Positions 13,450-28,221 are shown, numbered from the stretch's first letter. The stretch is DNA of 64,000 bases from Octopus vulgaris (GCA_951406725.2 OX597818.1:37944001-38008000); one strand, 5' to 3'. The notes: a model not told the origin generated them from the letters alone. Numbers and translations are program-made.

Positions 13450-13824
13450 TCTCTATATATATAAAGCTGAAGTCGTCTATGTATGGCAGGTTTAGTAGCC
13501 TTCAATTAACATTATCTCCTCCGAGACCCTGCGGTGCAAGTTGATCAAAATTGAGAGTATGATAGAAGAAGGCTTGCTCTTCCCTCCGTAGAAGAAAAAA
13601 TTCAAACCGGACCATGTTAACACCAAAAATTATTTACATCAAAAAGGTGCTTTTTTTTCTATGAAAATCCCTATTTTTTACGATTTTTTGACTGCTGCGT
13701 CACCATTTTTCAGGGTATTTCAACCAGAAAAATGTTCACTTAAAGAGAATAACAAGCTACTTTTCAAAAATTCCAATTCTATAGGGTCGAAACAAACCCG
13801 AGCAATGCCAGGCAATACTGCTAG
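13450..13824 (+). mobile_element. Non-autonomous Helitron
   Basis: 5' TC after A, subterminal GC hairpin (cccgagcaatgccagg), 3' CTAG followed by T. Confidence 0.75.
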
Positions 13825-14379
13825 TATATATATATACATATATAGGTACTTGGTTTGATATTTTATCAATAATTAGGTCCATCTTCAACACATTCCAAAC
13901 CAATATGCTAACACTCCATCTCTTCATCACCTCGAAATCCAGTTTCTACCAAAGCATCACTATCTCTGTACCTATTAGGTCACTGTAGCATTGCCTTATT
14001 TCAACTACCCTCTAGATATCTGCATTCTATGCAAAGCCCTCCCATCATACACACACACACACTTCCTAGATACTAAGGTACTTCAAGGCAGCTGACTAGT
14101 GAGAGTTCTGGTAGACAATACTCCCTATCCTTAGCAGAACATGTACTTCATACCTGACTAAGTAGTTGACTGAAACCTCCCTATTAGACATGTCCCTCCA
14201 CTTCTCAAACACAACTAAAATTTATAATACCAAATCTCTGCAAATTTCACTCGCAGCTTCTCTGCAGCAGATCAGGCAAAGAACATGGCCTACAATGCCA
14301 GGGAAAAAATTGCTCGTCCACGCAAAGTGCACAGCTCTTACCCACCACTACAAATTATGCAGCATCATCATCTGCAATA

Positions 14380-15200
14380 TGAGAGCGAGCTGAAAAGTTC
14401 ATAGGCTGATCAAGATACTCTCATGAAATGTGATCAAATGAGTTTTATTTTTCAGCATAGTCCCTCTTGAAATCCACACACTGTAAATCCTCGAGTATAG
14501 TCCGCCCTTGAGTATAATACACAAGGGAGTTTTAGGGGGCTGTACCTCTGAAAAACCTAAACCTTGTGTATAATACGCACTCCTTCTCTAACTTGTGTCA
14601 AGGAGGTCTATATAACGTCCTTGGTTTGTAAAAATGTATATGGTAACGTCCTTTATTATTATTGTATATATAACATAATGCAAACGTGTAACTTTTTTGT
14701 GCATTTTGTTTGCAGAAAATAAAGAAATAACAGTAATAATGTTTAATAAATGTTGCTTACTGCAAGTTATGGATGATTCTTTTATGACTTCATTGCTTTC
14801 AGGCTTAGCTTAAGGTATTTTCGCGCCCGACATCACAAAATGCATCTGAATAAACATTGCCGGACAAATAGAGACTTGGACATTGCTTAGAAAATAATTT
14901 TCATTTCTAACCTTGTATATAGTATGCACTAGGGATTTTGACCTTTAAATTTTGGGGAAAAAATGTGGATTATACTCATGGATTTACGGTACTTCTTCCA
15001 TCAGTGTTGTAGTGCTCAGATCCCATAAGTGCAGAAGCTTTCATCTTGTTGGTTAAGAAAGTCATCAACAGCAGATACAACATCATCATCATTGTGACGC
15101 TGGTTCCCAGTCAATTATTTTTTCATGTTGGAGAACAGATGATAGTCAGATAGGGTCAAATCAAGAGAATAGGGTAGGTGATCTACCAGTTCAAAGCCTT
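14380..15200 (-). mobile_element. 3' fragment of the same mariner family as 38699-39971, interrupted by a nested MITE
   Basis: 14380-14480 and the sequence from 14992 are the reverse complement of the 3' end of the 38.7-40 kb element. Confidence 0.75.
14481..14989. mobile_element. pogo/Tigger-like MITE nested in the mariner fragment
   Basis: TIRs ctgtaaatcctcgagtata / tatactcatggatttacgg, TA at right flank. Confidence 0.7.
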
Positions 15201-15506
15201 CATGTATCTCTCATAGCCAGCAAGTTCTATCACCCACAAAATAATAGTCAATCATCTTTTTGATCCTTTTGACAGTCACCCATGTAAAGGTCCCTCTTCT
15301 GATATTGTCTATTTTCCTCATGTCAAATATCCAACAATTTAATTGCTGACTTAACGTTACATTTAGTAATCTCCAATTGCTTACAAGTAATACATTAGTT
15401 TAATTCTGTTCTATCTAAGTTGGAGATTGAACTAGATGCTATATCTGCTGTTGATGACTTTTTTGACCAACAAGCATATTTGAACCGGTAATAACATTGC
15501 ATTTAA

Positions 15507-15727
15507 CCCTTTCATTACTAACCCGGCCAAAACCGGCTCTGGCTCTGTAGTACAAATGTCTTGTTTTTATAAGTTTTGCATCAAAATATACCACCAAACC
15601 TTAGTCGCAATTTATATTCCTAATACTAGCTTAATGATAACTAAGTTATTTTACTAAATTCTTTGTTATATTTAAAATAATAGAAAGAAACACAGAGTAT
15701 CTCAAAATAAATACAGTAACGAAAGGG
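15507..15727. mobile_element. piggyBac-like MITE
   Basis: TTAA on both sides; TIRs ccctttcattact / agtaacgaaaggg. Confidence 0.8.
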
Positions 15728-15981
15728 TTAAACATATCACTGTTTAATGCTCCCACTTCATAATGAACTAGAACTATTTGAACTGTTGACTGTCAAGTCT
15801 GCTGTTCCAATAACCAATTCCAAATTCAGTCCCCAAACTAGCGCAGGATTATCAACCACAGACTGTTAGAGATAGCTGACCTAAATATTGGGTTTGAACA
15901 TCTAAGAAGAGCAATAAAGACTGCAATCATAATAAATAACAAAATATCATTTTAATTCAACTTAAAATCAATGCAACTTAC

Positions 15982-16132
15982 CATCTACAGCTGTACGACA
16001 GACCAAATGAGTGAAATCAAAGTAGAGGGGTTTAGTCAAATTTAAATATTTCTCTACTAACAGACGTCCTTTTTCTGCAAGTTTCAGAAAGAGACTGACA
16101 GCATCAAAACTAACAGTACCTTCTTTGACAAG
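15982..16132 (-). CDS. P3H1: P3H-like exon (domain 2), LVKEGTVSFDAVSLFLKLAEKGRLLVEKYLNLTKPLYFDFTHLVCRTAVD
   Basis: Acceptor ccag, donor gtaagt, 151 nt, phase 0-1; P3H signature PLYF..THLVCRTA. Confidence 0.95.
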
Positions 16133-16218
16133 CTGGTCACCAGGATGGTAATGTAAAAATAAATAAAAATGGTTAGCAAACTATATAAAATATGCAAATA
16201 CATAAATGCAAACTCATT

Positions 16219-16267
<49 letters not shown>

Positions 16268-16447
16268 GTATAAATAAATATATACATGTCTTTGTGTGTA
16301 TATGGATATATATATATATGTGTGTGTGTATACATTTATATATATACATGTATATATTTATCATCATCATCATCATCATCACGTTAAACGATGATGATGA
16401 TGATGATGATGATAAATATATACATGTATATATATATATAAATGTAT

Positions 16448-16493
<46 letters not shown>

Positions 16494-16591
16494 CCATATA
16501 CACACAAAGACATACACATACATATATTTATGTGTAAGTACATACACACATACATAAATATATATTATATATTCACACAGGCATAAATATA

Positions 16592-16631
<40 letters not shown>

Positions 16632-16908
16632 TATATGCAAATATATGTACATTTAAATATACATGTATATCTATATGTATTTAGATTGTAATTATATATA
16701 TGTACCTATACATATTCATTATATCTATATTTAGATCATATAAGCACACACACACGTGCACACAGGCACACATGTACACACACACATACACACACACACA
16801 TTGTTGTCTAAGAATCCATAAATCAGAAAAAAATGATGTACTTATATATTTGTCAACAAAGAAGGTATATTAGTCAAAGTATACAGTATTAGAAATCCAT
16901 CACAGCTG

Positions 16909-16992
16909 ATCTGACCGATTGGTTTCACACTGGCTACTAAAACTAGATGTTAGATTACAGCACAGTTAAGTAATACCGAGCTCTTCAGAGAT
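16909..16992 (-). ncRNA. Type I hammerhead ribozyme-like motif with intact core
   Basis: Minus strand: atct-CTGAAGA-long stem II-GAAAC-caatcg-GTC-agat; stem I ATCT/AGAT, stem III ACC/GGT. Confidence 0.6.
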
Positions 16993-17451
16993 GACAGATA
17001 AGAATAATAAGTATGGCATCCCCAAAGAGCATGCAGTATCACTTAACTGTGTTGTTATTAAACACCTAGTTTTAGTTCTCAGTGTGAAACTGGCTGTTCA
17101 GATCAGCTGTAATGGATTTACAATACTGTACATTTTGATTAATATATATACATATACATATACATGTATATTATATACGTCTGGATATATGTGTGTATGT
17201 GTAGAAACTATAAAGTATGTAAGTTTATATGAAGATACATTTAATGAGCACATAGTAATAGTTCTAAATTTAATGAAACACACAACAAGCAGTATCTTTA
17301 TCAACCACAAGCTATAAGACATTAAAAGAAATTTTTATGTGTAGTATCATTCTCAATATAATTCTTACATTCTTTGGCAGAAGGAAGGGAGAAATGGTTA
17401 ACAGAATTTCATGAAAGAATTGAAGAGTAGATAAAAGCAGTGAGTGTGTCT

Positions 17452-17488
<37 letters not shown>

Positions 17489-17957
17489 TTTGAAACCCAA
17501 AACTGACTTTGAAATTATGCTTCAGCTCAACTTTGCCTTTCATCCCTTAAGTTGATAAATTTGAGCAGAAATACTCAGCTGACTTGATATTGTAATAAGT
17601 CTCAAACATGGACTTGGTAAACTAATATAGTAATGGAACTCTTAACCAGCTTCCAGAAATTCAGGAATACTGTGGAATAGCAGTAAAAAGATTCTGTTTC
17701 TGAAGTTGGTTAATGTGCATATGGAGTGCTAAAAATAGTTTTTTCCTTTACTTTTTTCAAGTGGTTTGTTAAAAATAAAATGTTCTTTATATTCTTCATT
17801 TAATTTTCATCCTGTAAATGTTATATCGTGTACGTGGTATAATATGATATATTTTAAGAATATTTAGTGAATTGATAAACATCAAATAAAACCTGCTTTG
17901 GAGGTGTATTAACTTGAATCTGTTAAATACAATTTATTTCTTTACTTTTCATAGTTT

Positions 17958-18266
17958 GTTGTGTCTGGGGAGAGTCATTCTCTTTTAGTACCTTATTATT
18001 TAACACACTCACCAGTAAAATTTCCACTTTTTTCTTATTTTTATTTTCCTAAAATTTTCGTTGCGTCTTGCAACCTTTTCAATAGTCTTGACTTCAATAG
18101 TCTTCAATAGTCTTTCAATAGTCTTCAAGAGTCAAGACTATTGAAAAGTTTGTAACACGCAACGAAAATTTTAGGAAAATAAAAATAAGAAAAAAGTGGA
18201 AATTTTACCGGTGAGTGTGTTAAATCATAAGGCACAAAAAGAAAATGCCTCTCCCCAGACACAACA
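17958..18266. repeat. Fold-back element with arms of about 135 bp around a short tcaatagtct tandem
   Basis: gttgtgtctggggagag...gtcttgact pairs with agtcaagac...ctctccccagacacaac. Confidence 0.9.
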
Positions 18267-19140
18267 GAATATGCTTCAACACACGAACTCATATAAAGAA
18301 TCTTGCAAACCAAATCCAAAAACGAAATTTTCATAGTTTATTTTATATTTTAAGTTTATAGACTGTCTCTAGAAAATCCAGAAATCTGGACCTCTTCTAG
18401 TCCCCAGCTTCTATTCTTTTTAACTAAGAAACACAGCTTATTGAATTGATTCCAAATATGCAATTGGCACTTATCAATTGTGGAAGATTGAAAGGCAAAG
18501 CTAACTCTGGAGACACACTTTCACTTAGGAGTAAATAAAACATCTAACATATAAATGAACTGAAAAGTAATCTGTTTACACACATACATGCTTACAGAGA
18601 ATCAAAGACAAATTAATTTCAAAATTTCACATATGAACATGATAAACACTAAAATTATATCTTCATATTCCAAAGTTGTTGAAGTTGACTTATTGCAAAA
18701 AATAATTAATAGTATTTACTAATATACCAATTTCCCCGCAAAGGGTATAAAGCCTAAATCAGAAGATCACTTTAAAAAGTTTTAAGTTCAACAGACACAA
18801 TATCTGAGTCTGTGAAATTCAAACAAACAAGACTTGTAATACTAAATGACAATGAACAAACTTTCAAGTTTTAATATCTAACAAAGCTAAAACATTGATT
18901 GTTCACACATATTAATCATCACTTTCAAAGATTTGCATATCAATCTTTAACACAAGTTATAATAAAATAATTAAATCATTTAAAGTTACTGCTAACAATT
19001 ATTTGAATAATGAAAGAAAAATGACTAAAAACGACCATTTCATACATAGAATCAAATTCCAATTACATTTCTTCTTTTTCAACTGAATAAACTACTAATT
19101 TTATAAATATCTTTACAATAATTTGACTTTCGAATGAAAG

Positions 19141-19212
<72 letters not shown>

Positions 19213-20515
19213 TATATATATTCATGCTCTTATATTTATAAAAGATAAAAAGGTTACAGATTACTAAAGAAAAACAAAATGAAACAGAAACTACAATAAT
19301 GACCAATCAGCTCGCTGATTTTCCAAATGACAAATTCATTTCACCAAAACGGCACAATATTAGCATATATCACAAATAGTAGCATGCAGGAAGATGCAAA
19401 ATAACATGCCATGCAATTCTCCTAAATTTTCTGTAAGATTGATTACATTTTCATTGTAACATGAACAGATATTGTTTAAAGGATTACAGAGAACTCAAAG
19501 ATGTCTGTTATTTAATCTTATATCCTATCAATGACTAAAGATAGTTCCAGAAACCAGAACAGATGCAAAAAATAAATATAGATAAGTAAGGAATCGCTGA
19601 GTAGATGTTAATCAATAATTTTTTTATTATTATTTTTTAAAGATTTTATTGTTTTGGTTTTTGTTTCTGTTTTCTTTACTTACAAAAGTATAAAAAATTT
19701 TAACTCATTTACATATGAAATTTCTGTAAAAATTATATTTTTAAATAACACAGCATCATTTTTGAGTGGTTCAAATGAATAAAGAAATGTTTCCTCTGTT
19801 ACCCACCCCTCCCATCACTAATGTGTCTTTTATTGTTTCAAATATTGGACATCATACTACAATTTCATATTAATATCATTAATATAGCTAAATTAACCCC
19901 TTCTCGTAATGATATTATTTTTTATCAATATTCAATAATTCTAAAAACAAATACAATATGTGAAAGAAGTACAAATAGAAATCAGTTATTATCAATAAAG
20001 AAAATATTAATAAAAAAAATTTTCATATCAATAATGATGATGATGATGGTGATGATGATGAAAGATTTTTTACTTAGAGACTTTAGTCGACATGTTATTA
20101 CCAACAAACAGTGTTATTACCATAGCAACTGTACAGATGTATGGTAAAAGTACAGACCAGTATGTGACCTAAAACTAATGTAATTGGAGTGAATGTTTTA
20201 TGAGCAGTTACCTGTTCCAATAGCATCTTATAGTCTGTGTGCATGTTTGTATATATATATATATATATATATATATGTAAATAGGAAGAGTGTTGATATG
20301 TGTGAATGTGCATATGAGTGTGTATAAATCAATCATCATCATCATCAACATTATCATCATATATCTAACCACAGTTGTCAATGTAAAGATATTAGAACAT
20401 TATAGATAACTATTATAGTTGGATGAGGTTTTTATGGTTGGGTGCCCTTCATAATAATTACGATGTGTTTCAATTTTGAGGATCCTAAATATGTAACAAG
20501 AATAAATAAAAACTA

Positions 20516-20930
20516 GGTGGCGAGATGGCAGAAATGTTAGCACGCTGGGCGAAATGCTTAGCGGTATTTCATCTGCTGCTACGTTCTGAGTTCAAATTCC
20601 ATCGAGGTCGACTTTGCCTTTCATCCTTTCAGGGTTGATAAATTAAGTACCAGGCATGCACTGGGGTCGATGTAATTGACTTAATCTCTTTGTCTGTCCT
20701 TGTTTGTCCTCTCTGTGTTTAGCCCCTTGTGGGTAGTAAAGAAATAGGTATTTCATCTGCTGCTACATTCTGAGTTCAAATTCCACTGAGGTCAACTTTG
20801 CCTTTCATCCTTTCAGGGTCGATAAATTAAGTACCAGTTACGTACTGGGGTCGATGTAATTGACTTAATCTCTTTGTCTGTCCTCGTTTGTCTCCTCTAT
20901 GTTTAGCCCCTTGTGGACAATAAAGAAATA
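20516..20930 (+). mobile_element. SINE family B, partial tandem dimer
   Basis: About 180-bp body repeated twice; target-site duplication aagaataaataaaaacta. Confidence 0.9.
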
Positions 20931-22239
20931 AGAATAAATAAAACTACTAATTTTCTTCAGAATATTGGTAGATAAAATACTATTATAGTCTGCCTTGCCC
21001 CCAGCATGTTAGCCAAAGAGCCACTGGTTTGTTACTTAACATCACCACCGTTACTGTCTCTGATAAAGATGCAAGACAGTTAACTTACAAGCCAATCAGA
21101 GGAATAAACCAGCACCATACAAGTATACCATTATTTTGTTTTAAAAGAATTTCACTCTCTATTGCACTGAACTTGGATTATTGTGAGAGGGATCTGCATC
21201 AGATGACCAGCTTCTTTTTAGTTCTTGATTTCTTAGAGTGGCAAGGTAGATTAACCAGTTACAGTTCAAATTACCCTGAGTAATGTAAAGCTTATTTATT
21301 CATATTATTCTGAAGTAAGCATGTATCATCTCATAGCTTACAGATTTTGATGATGTTATTGTCTATATTTAGAATTACATTGTAGGGTGGGTGTGAAAGG
21401 CTAGATCTGGCAAGTTTGAACATAAAACAGGAGGCATTTTTGGGCTGGATGGGGCCAGTTTAAATGCTAAGGGTTAAAATGATTAGAAATATACAAAAGA
21501 TAACTTGAATGAACAACATATCTCAGCTTAGTTTAACATGTACATCTCACTATGATGTTGTTTGATATTGTCTTTCTACCCATTAAAATTTAGCCACTCA
21601 TGGGTGGATTCCCTCTGTACCAGAAATCTAGTTTTCACATGTGTTTCATTGAGTGATCAAAACACGTTGACTACCCTCAACACAACTTAGCCAGGCTCCA
21701 ATGCCATCATCCAGAAAGTGGCACACTGCTGTATGCAGACAATTCACGAAACCACAGGTAAGAGTTAGTCGCTAGGTGAGGGCTAGTGGTAGACAAGCTG
21801 CCCTAAAAAGAAACTAGCATGATCTTACTAAAGGTGTATTACAAGAAGGTTGAGCAAGTAATTACATGTATGCAAATGCGATGACTATACTAGTATGGAC
21901 ATGTAATGCAATTGTATGATACATACTGCAGGCTGGATGAACAGGCATCGTGAATGGATTTGTGTAGATAATTGGAAGAGAAGTAAACTGTGAAACACTG
22001 GAATTAAGTGAGCACGTTCAATGTGATAGAGAAAGGTACTGAAAAACAGGGAATGATGAGCATTATAATGGGATAAACCTGAAAAGTGTAGAAAATATGA
22101 AACAGGGAGAAGTGAAGGAAGCAGGTGTGCACAGCACAATCTAAAATCTTAATAATAATCCTGATGATTTGAAGAGCACATGAAAACATGAGTTATGAGA
22201 AGTAGATGTTAAATGACGATGATAATAATGATGATTGTG

Positions 22240-22868
22240 TATTTGTGTGTGTATATACAGATACATACACCCACACATATTTATGCAATGCATAAATATG
22301 AATGTAATAGATGTAATATATATACATATACATAAATACATACACACACACATATATATAATGTATATTATATAACATATATATATATATATACACACAT
22401 ATATGTACATTATATATATATATGCATGCATATGTATAATATATATATAAAATATATATATATATAAATATATATGTATACATATATATGCATATATATG
22501 TATATATTTATATATATGTATACATATATATATGCATATATATGTATATATTTATATATATGTATACATATATATATGCATATATATATATATATTTATA
22601 TATGTATACATATATATGTGCATACATATATATATATTTATATATGTATACATATGTGCATACATATATATATATATGTGCATATATATGTATATATATA
22701 CATATATATGTGCATATATATATGCATATATATGTATGCATATATATATGCATATATATGTATGCATATATGTATGCATATATATATATGCATATATATG
22801 TATGCATATATATATATGCATATATATATATATGCATATATATATACACATATGCATATATATGTATG

Positions 22869-22901
<33 letters not shown>

Positions 22902-22985
22902 ACACATATATGTATATATATTTGTGTGTGTGCATATATATACACATACATATGTGTGTGTGTGTATGCGTGTACACATACAGAC
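22240..22985. repeat. Compound (TA)n/(TG)n/(CA)n microsatellite field
   Basis: Low complexity; source of the YI/HI/MY-rich ORFs. Confidence 0.95.
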
Positions 22986-23297
22986 TTGTATCTACTTGAC
23001 AAGGAATCTGATGCAAGATGCATTGCATAAAAAAAATCAGTGATTTAAAAAACACATGCTCTACAATATGCACATTTTATTATTATTTTCATAATAATAA
23101 TAATAATAATAATGATAGACATATATATTATAGTATAAAATATACCATTACATTCCAATGTTTTTCCTCATACTGATATTTTTTTACACTGCAATGTAGT
23201 GTACATCATAATGGAAATGTATGATGGAAAGCATTGATGCATTTTTTTTTTTGTTGATATATGAACTTACATGTTGCCGATAAGGTTTATTGTAATG

Positions 23298-23371
<74 letters not shown>

Positions 23372-24990
23372 GAAACAGGAACCATTCAAGCACACTAGTA
23401 TAATCCAAGTCATGGCTAACCACATCAAATGGTTAGGAATAAACCTAGGACTATTTAAGGTAAACAATCCCAATATTTCATCTGATGGGTAAATCCTGAG
23501 TTTGCTTTATTGGATTATACTCAGTTTACTGAGTGTATATCAAAGACATTTCAAATGAATAGGAAAAATTATACATCTGCACAGTTTTTAACATTACAGT
23601 TATTAATACAGCATATTTGATCTAAAGTGCAATCCACTTTAGACTTAGTGACCCTTAATTATATGCATCTATTGCTGAAATTTACTCCTACTTATTTCAA
23701 TTAAGGCTAATGGATGAAATATATTCTGATCAAGTTTAATATCCAACATTCATAATTTGAAATTCCAGCCTTGGGGTCATCCTAAAGTCAAGCTGATAGT
23801 GGACTTTATAACCACATCAGATTTTTAAGTACTTCATATCTTATTCTTTGCACTCAACACTAAGTCCCCTATTACAATGTAAGAACGTTTAAACCATTAT
23901 ACTCCAGTTTGTTTCAAACTTTAATAGTGGCAACACTTTGAATAAAGCTGCATGGACATATTTTAAACCTGAATGAAATCTAGATGCAGATGATCAAAAG
24001 AGGATGCAAATCAAAGCCACATTGCAAGATATCTGTGCAGCAGAAACATATGTTGGACAGAGCTTTGAATAAAATATATTGTATAAATGATTGTAATAAT
24101 AAAAGCTGGGTAGATGTATAATTCCCTTTATTTATTTGAATTGTCTTTTCATTTCTCTCATCAAATATATATATATATATATATATATACAAGCACATAC
24201 AAACATATATGATATGTATACTGCATGTATTAATGTGTGTGTATGCATGTATGTGTGTGTATTCAGCTAGATGTTCATAAGTTAAAAAAAGAAGGCACAT
24301 CAATATGAGTAATAGAGTGGTTACATTTTTATGTATCATCAAGCAGTGTATTTACTGTTCATGGCATATATCTGATGAGAATGTTGCTGTGTGTTTCATG
24401 CTAACTATTACACTCGGTAATATTGAAGACTTCAGACATGATGACCAGAAGCACATAGCCTCTTTTATGCAGGGGGTATATATAAACCCTGAGTGGCTTG
24501 AAGTTGGTAAAAAGAAAACAACTGAAACAGTGAAAAATTATAACATTTTCTGGGAGGAAAAAGAAGTTACTTCCCATGGATTCATATTAGCCATGGTTGA
24601 AACATCTGTTGTATGTGTGTGTACATGTATACTGTTTCCAAGTTCAAAAATGGACAAAGTTACATTGTCCAAATGAATTTCTGTTTATGTGGGCAACATC
24701 TGAATATTTCGTTGTTTTGGGGCTTGGGAAAGCACCCAGATCATGTGAATTACTTAAGGATTACTCTCTTCTTCACAATATAATGGTCGCAATGTCTACA
24801 AATATTCAGACATGGTCCAGGTTCTTCCAGCAACTTCCAGTTCACTTTGTATGGTATTGTTTCATCTTGGGTGTTATATATGGCTAGCTAACATTGTAGC
24901 ATAGCATATATCTTGACTTCTAAAAGATCTGAGATTATTCAGACTGGCCTTAAAGGGAACCACCATTGCCCCAATACATTATTTTCTGTG

Positions 24991-25026
<36 letters not shown>

Positions 25027-25683
25027 GGAGAGTGTCGTTGTTTGATAGACACCAACTCTGCTTCATAGACCATGGTTTCAGTGCTGCATTGACCATTGAC
25101 TAGGCGGTCACTGTAAATCCTATATAAATATCCTGTATCTTTTCAGATTTTTGGTGTACTCACTCATATTTTCCCAAAACTAGGAACACAATTGAATGAG
25201 AACCTTAAATTATGCCTATTGAATAATTTTATATACCTATGATCCTATGTAAAGTGCCAATCCACCAATCTATAAAAGGCCCTTCTAATGTAGGTTTTCA
25301 TGTAGGGTGAAAATGGTAGTAGGAGGGTCAAACCAGGTGACTTTTCAGTGGGACATTCTCTTGTTGAAATTAGGGTTGGGCATATAGATGATGCAATCTT
25401 TAAACCCACTGGCTACCAGAACCTAGTTGTAATAGGGAGCCATTGTTTCAAAAACATCTTTATTCTTTTCACCAACAACACTGAACCATCCCGGGTCTAT
25501 ATATATATATATATATATATATACACCTGCAGGATAAAAGAGGTTATGTTCTTCCAGCTAGTATGTCTAAAGAGTCATCAACATTGCCAAGTGCCATAGT
25601 CAGCCAGAAACTGAAAGTAACCTTCTTACTAGTTATATGCCATAACAAGTAATACACTGATTGGCAGTAAATGTATGTATGTA

Positions 25684-25731
<48 letters not shown>

Positions 25732-25937
25732 TATATATGTGTAGAGAGAATATGCATCAATGATCAATATGTAGGCAATATATTTATATAGATTATGATA
25801 TATTTGTAAATGTATGTATATGTTAGTGTGTGCAAATAGGGAATAAGTTTTCCTTCAAAAATAACAGTAAATTTTTTAATGATATATGATGATATATATA
25901 CTTAGATACACACACACATATCCTCACACACACACAT

Positions 25938-25996
<59 letters not shown>

Positions 25997-26332
25997 ACTG
26001 TATACAATATATAAATCATGATATATAAATGCAAGCATATGTCATATGAAACATACATATGCATCCATTCATATATATATATGCACACACACATCATAAC
26101 TTATACATATGAATACATCATATCATATCATATATATATATACATACATTATATACAGTTCTAAGTTTAAAAGATGAGGAATTATGCACATTATTTACAT
26201 TTGACAGATATTTGTCCTCAGCTTGCTTGTTGATAACACATTTCGACTGATGTACCCTCCAGCCTTCATCAGGTGACTTAGGGAAATTTTGAACCTGGGT
26301 TCTCATTCCTAAGGTATTTTTTCATGTTATTA

Positions 26333-26376
<44 letters not shown>

Positions 26377-26650
26377 GTTCAGGTCACTGTCTGGAATTGA
26401 GCTCGGAATCTTGGGATTAGTAGCCCACCCACTTAAACACTATGCCATATGCCCGTGGGCTCAATTCCAGATCTGAACAATAACAATAATAATAATAATA
26501 ATAACATTGAAAAATACCTTAGGAATCAGAAATCAGGTTTGAAATTTCCCCAAGACACCTGATGAAGACTGGAGGGTATATCAGTTGAAATGTTGTGTTA
26601 ACAACAAACAAGATGAGGACAAATATCCGCAAATGTAAATAATATACATC

Positions 26651-26687
<37 letters not shown>

Positions 26688-27939
26688 CATACATCATATC
26701 ATGTACATATATATGTAAATATATAAATATTTGGTACAGCATAGTTATTAATCATAATGATGAAACGACACTCACATCTTATGTTCTTATGTAAATATTT
26801 TTATGTAATTATCAATAATTATGTGGTAGTGAATATTTATTAGTGCTGTTGAAACAGCTGTAGAAAAATCTTTTAAAATATTAATGACATTGATTTTTGC
26901 CTAGTTGTCAAACATGTGTGTGTGTGTGTGCACCTGTGCATGCATGTATTTGTGTTAGTTAATGACATTTGTTTCTTAGTTACTTAGGTCAGAAGTTTTA
27001 AATAGTTTTAAAAAATGATCTTGCTAAAAAAAGATTTCCATATAGACATTACATAGCTTAAATACAACAAATTACAAGAAATAAAAGAAGTTCAAAAACA
27101 GTTAAATGAAAGTTGTCAAAAAAAAAGCCAACAGTGAATATTGAAAAATGTAGCTAATGGAAAGGCTACCTATTTATTTGCAAAAATTATTTACTTACTT
27201 AGTGTAAAGAAACATCAAATAAGCAGCAGTATATAAATATAGGAAATTATATATAAATATAGGAGATTGTATATAAATATTTTACAACCATGAGAATGGA
27301 GAAAATAGTTTATTTTCCTATATTGACATCATGCTCTGGGTTCCCTCAACTAAAAACTGGAAACTAGAAAGAAACAATAAAGCAAAAATAGCAATTTCCC
27401 AATTCCTAATTTCCTAGCAATATTTTCCTCTTAACTCTATAAAAATTGGAATTCTGTCAAATGTAATGCCTCTGTATTTACATTGTTTTGAATGGATCAA
27501 TCATTATCTCATAGCTTTGAGATTTCAATGATGTGATACTTTATTCTTAGAATGACAATGTACCATACATGTGAGAAGCTGAATATGACCAGAGTAAACC
27601 ATAATTCCACTCAAAGTAAACCTGAATCATATTTAGCCTAACACTATTCTTCACACGAGGGAATTCTAAAAAGAAAATTGGAATTCCATATTCTCGTCAA
27701 ATTTATTAAATATGATAACTTATCTAAATTTATTGCTTGCTAATCAAAGAAGTAAATTCTTTGTATGAGCTGTGATGAATTTTTCCTAGTAAAAACATTT
27801 CTATTGTGTAATCTATAAAATTCACTTTCAATATTCACTGATGACTTTTGTTTTTTACTTTCCAGTGGAATAGGAAAGTGTTTGACAGTTTCCTATGTAG
27901 TAAGTAAAGAAAGAAAGAAAAAGAAAGGAATAAATATAC

Positions 27940-27982
27940 ACATGTGTATGTATATATAGATAAATATACATATATACGTTTG

Positions 27983-28026
<44 letters not shown>

Positions 28027-28033
28027 TGACATG

Positions 28034-28067
<34 letters not shown>

Positions 28068-28074
28068 TGACATG

Positions 28075-28108
<34 letters not shown>

Positions 28109-28115
28109 TGACATG

Positions 28116-28147
<32 letters not shown>

Positions 28148-28151
28148 TGAC

Positions 28152-28221
<70 letters not shown>

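Noticed and set aside
22141-23073. Many long overlapping ORFs rich in Y, I, H, M and C (also at 16.1-16.7, 27.8-28.4 and 32.7-34.1 kb)
   Set aside because: Translations of (TA)n/(CA)n microsatellites that lack stop codons
24305-25350. ORFs 24305-24676 and 24597-24887
   Set aside because: No recognisable motifs; possibly an old transposon relic but unclassifiable
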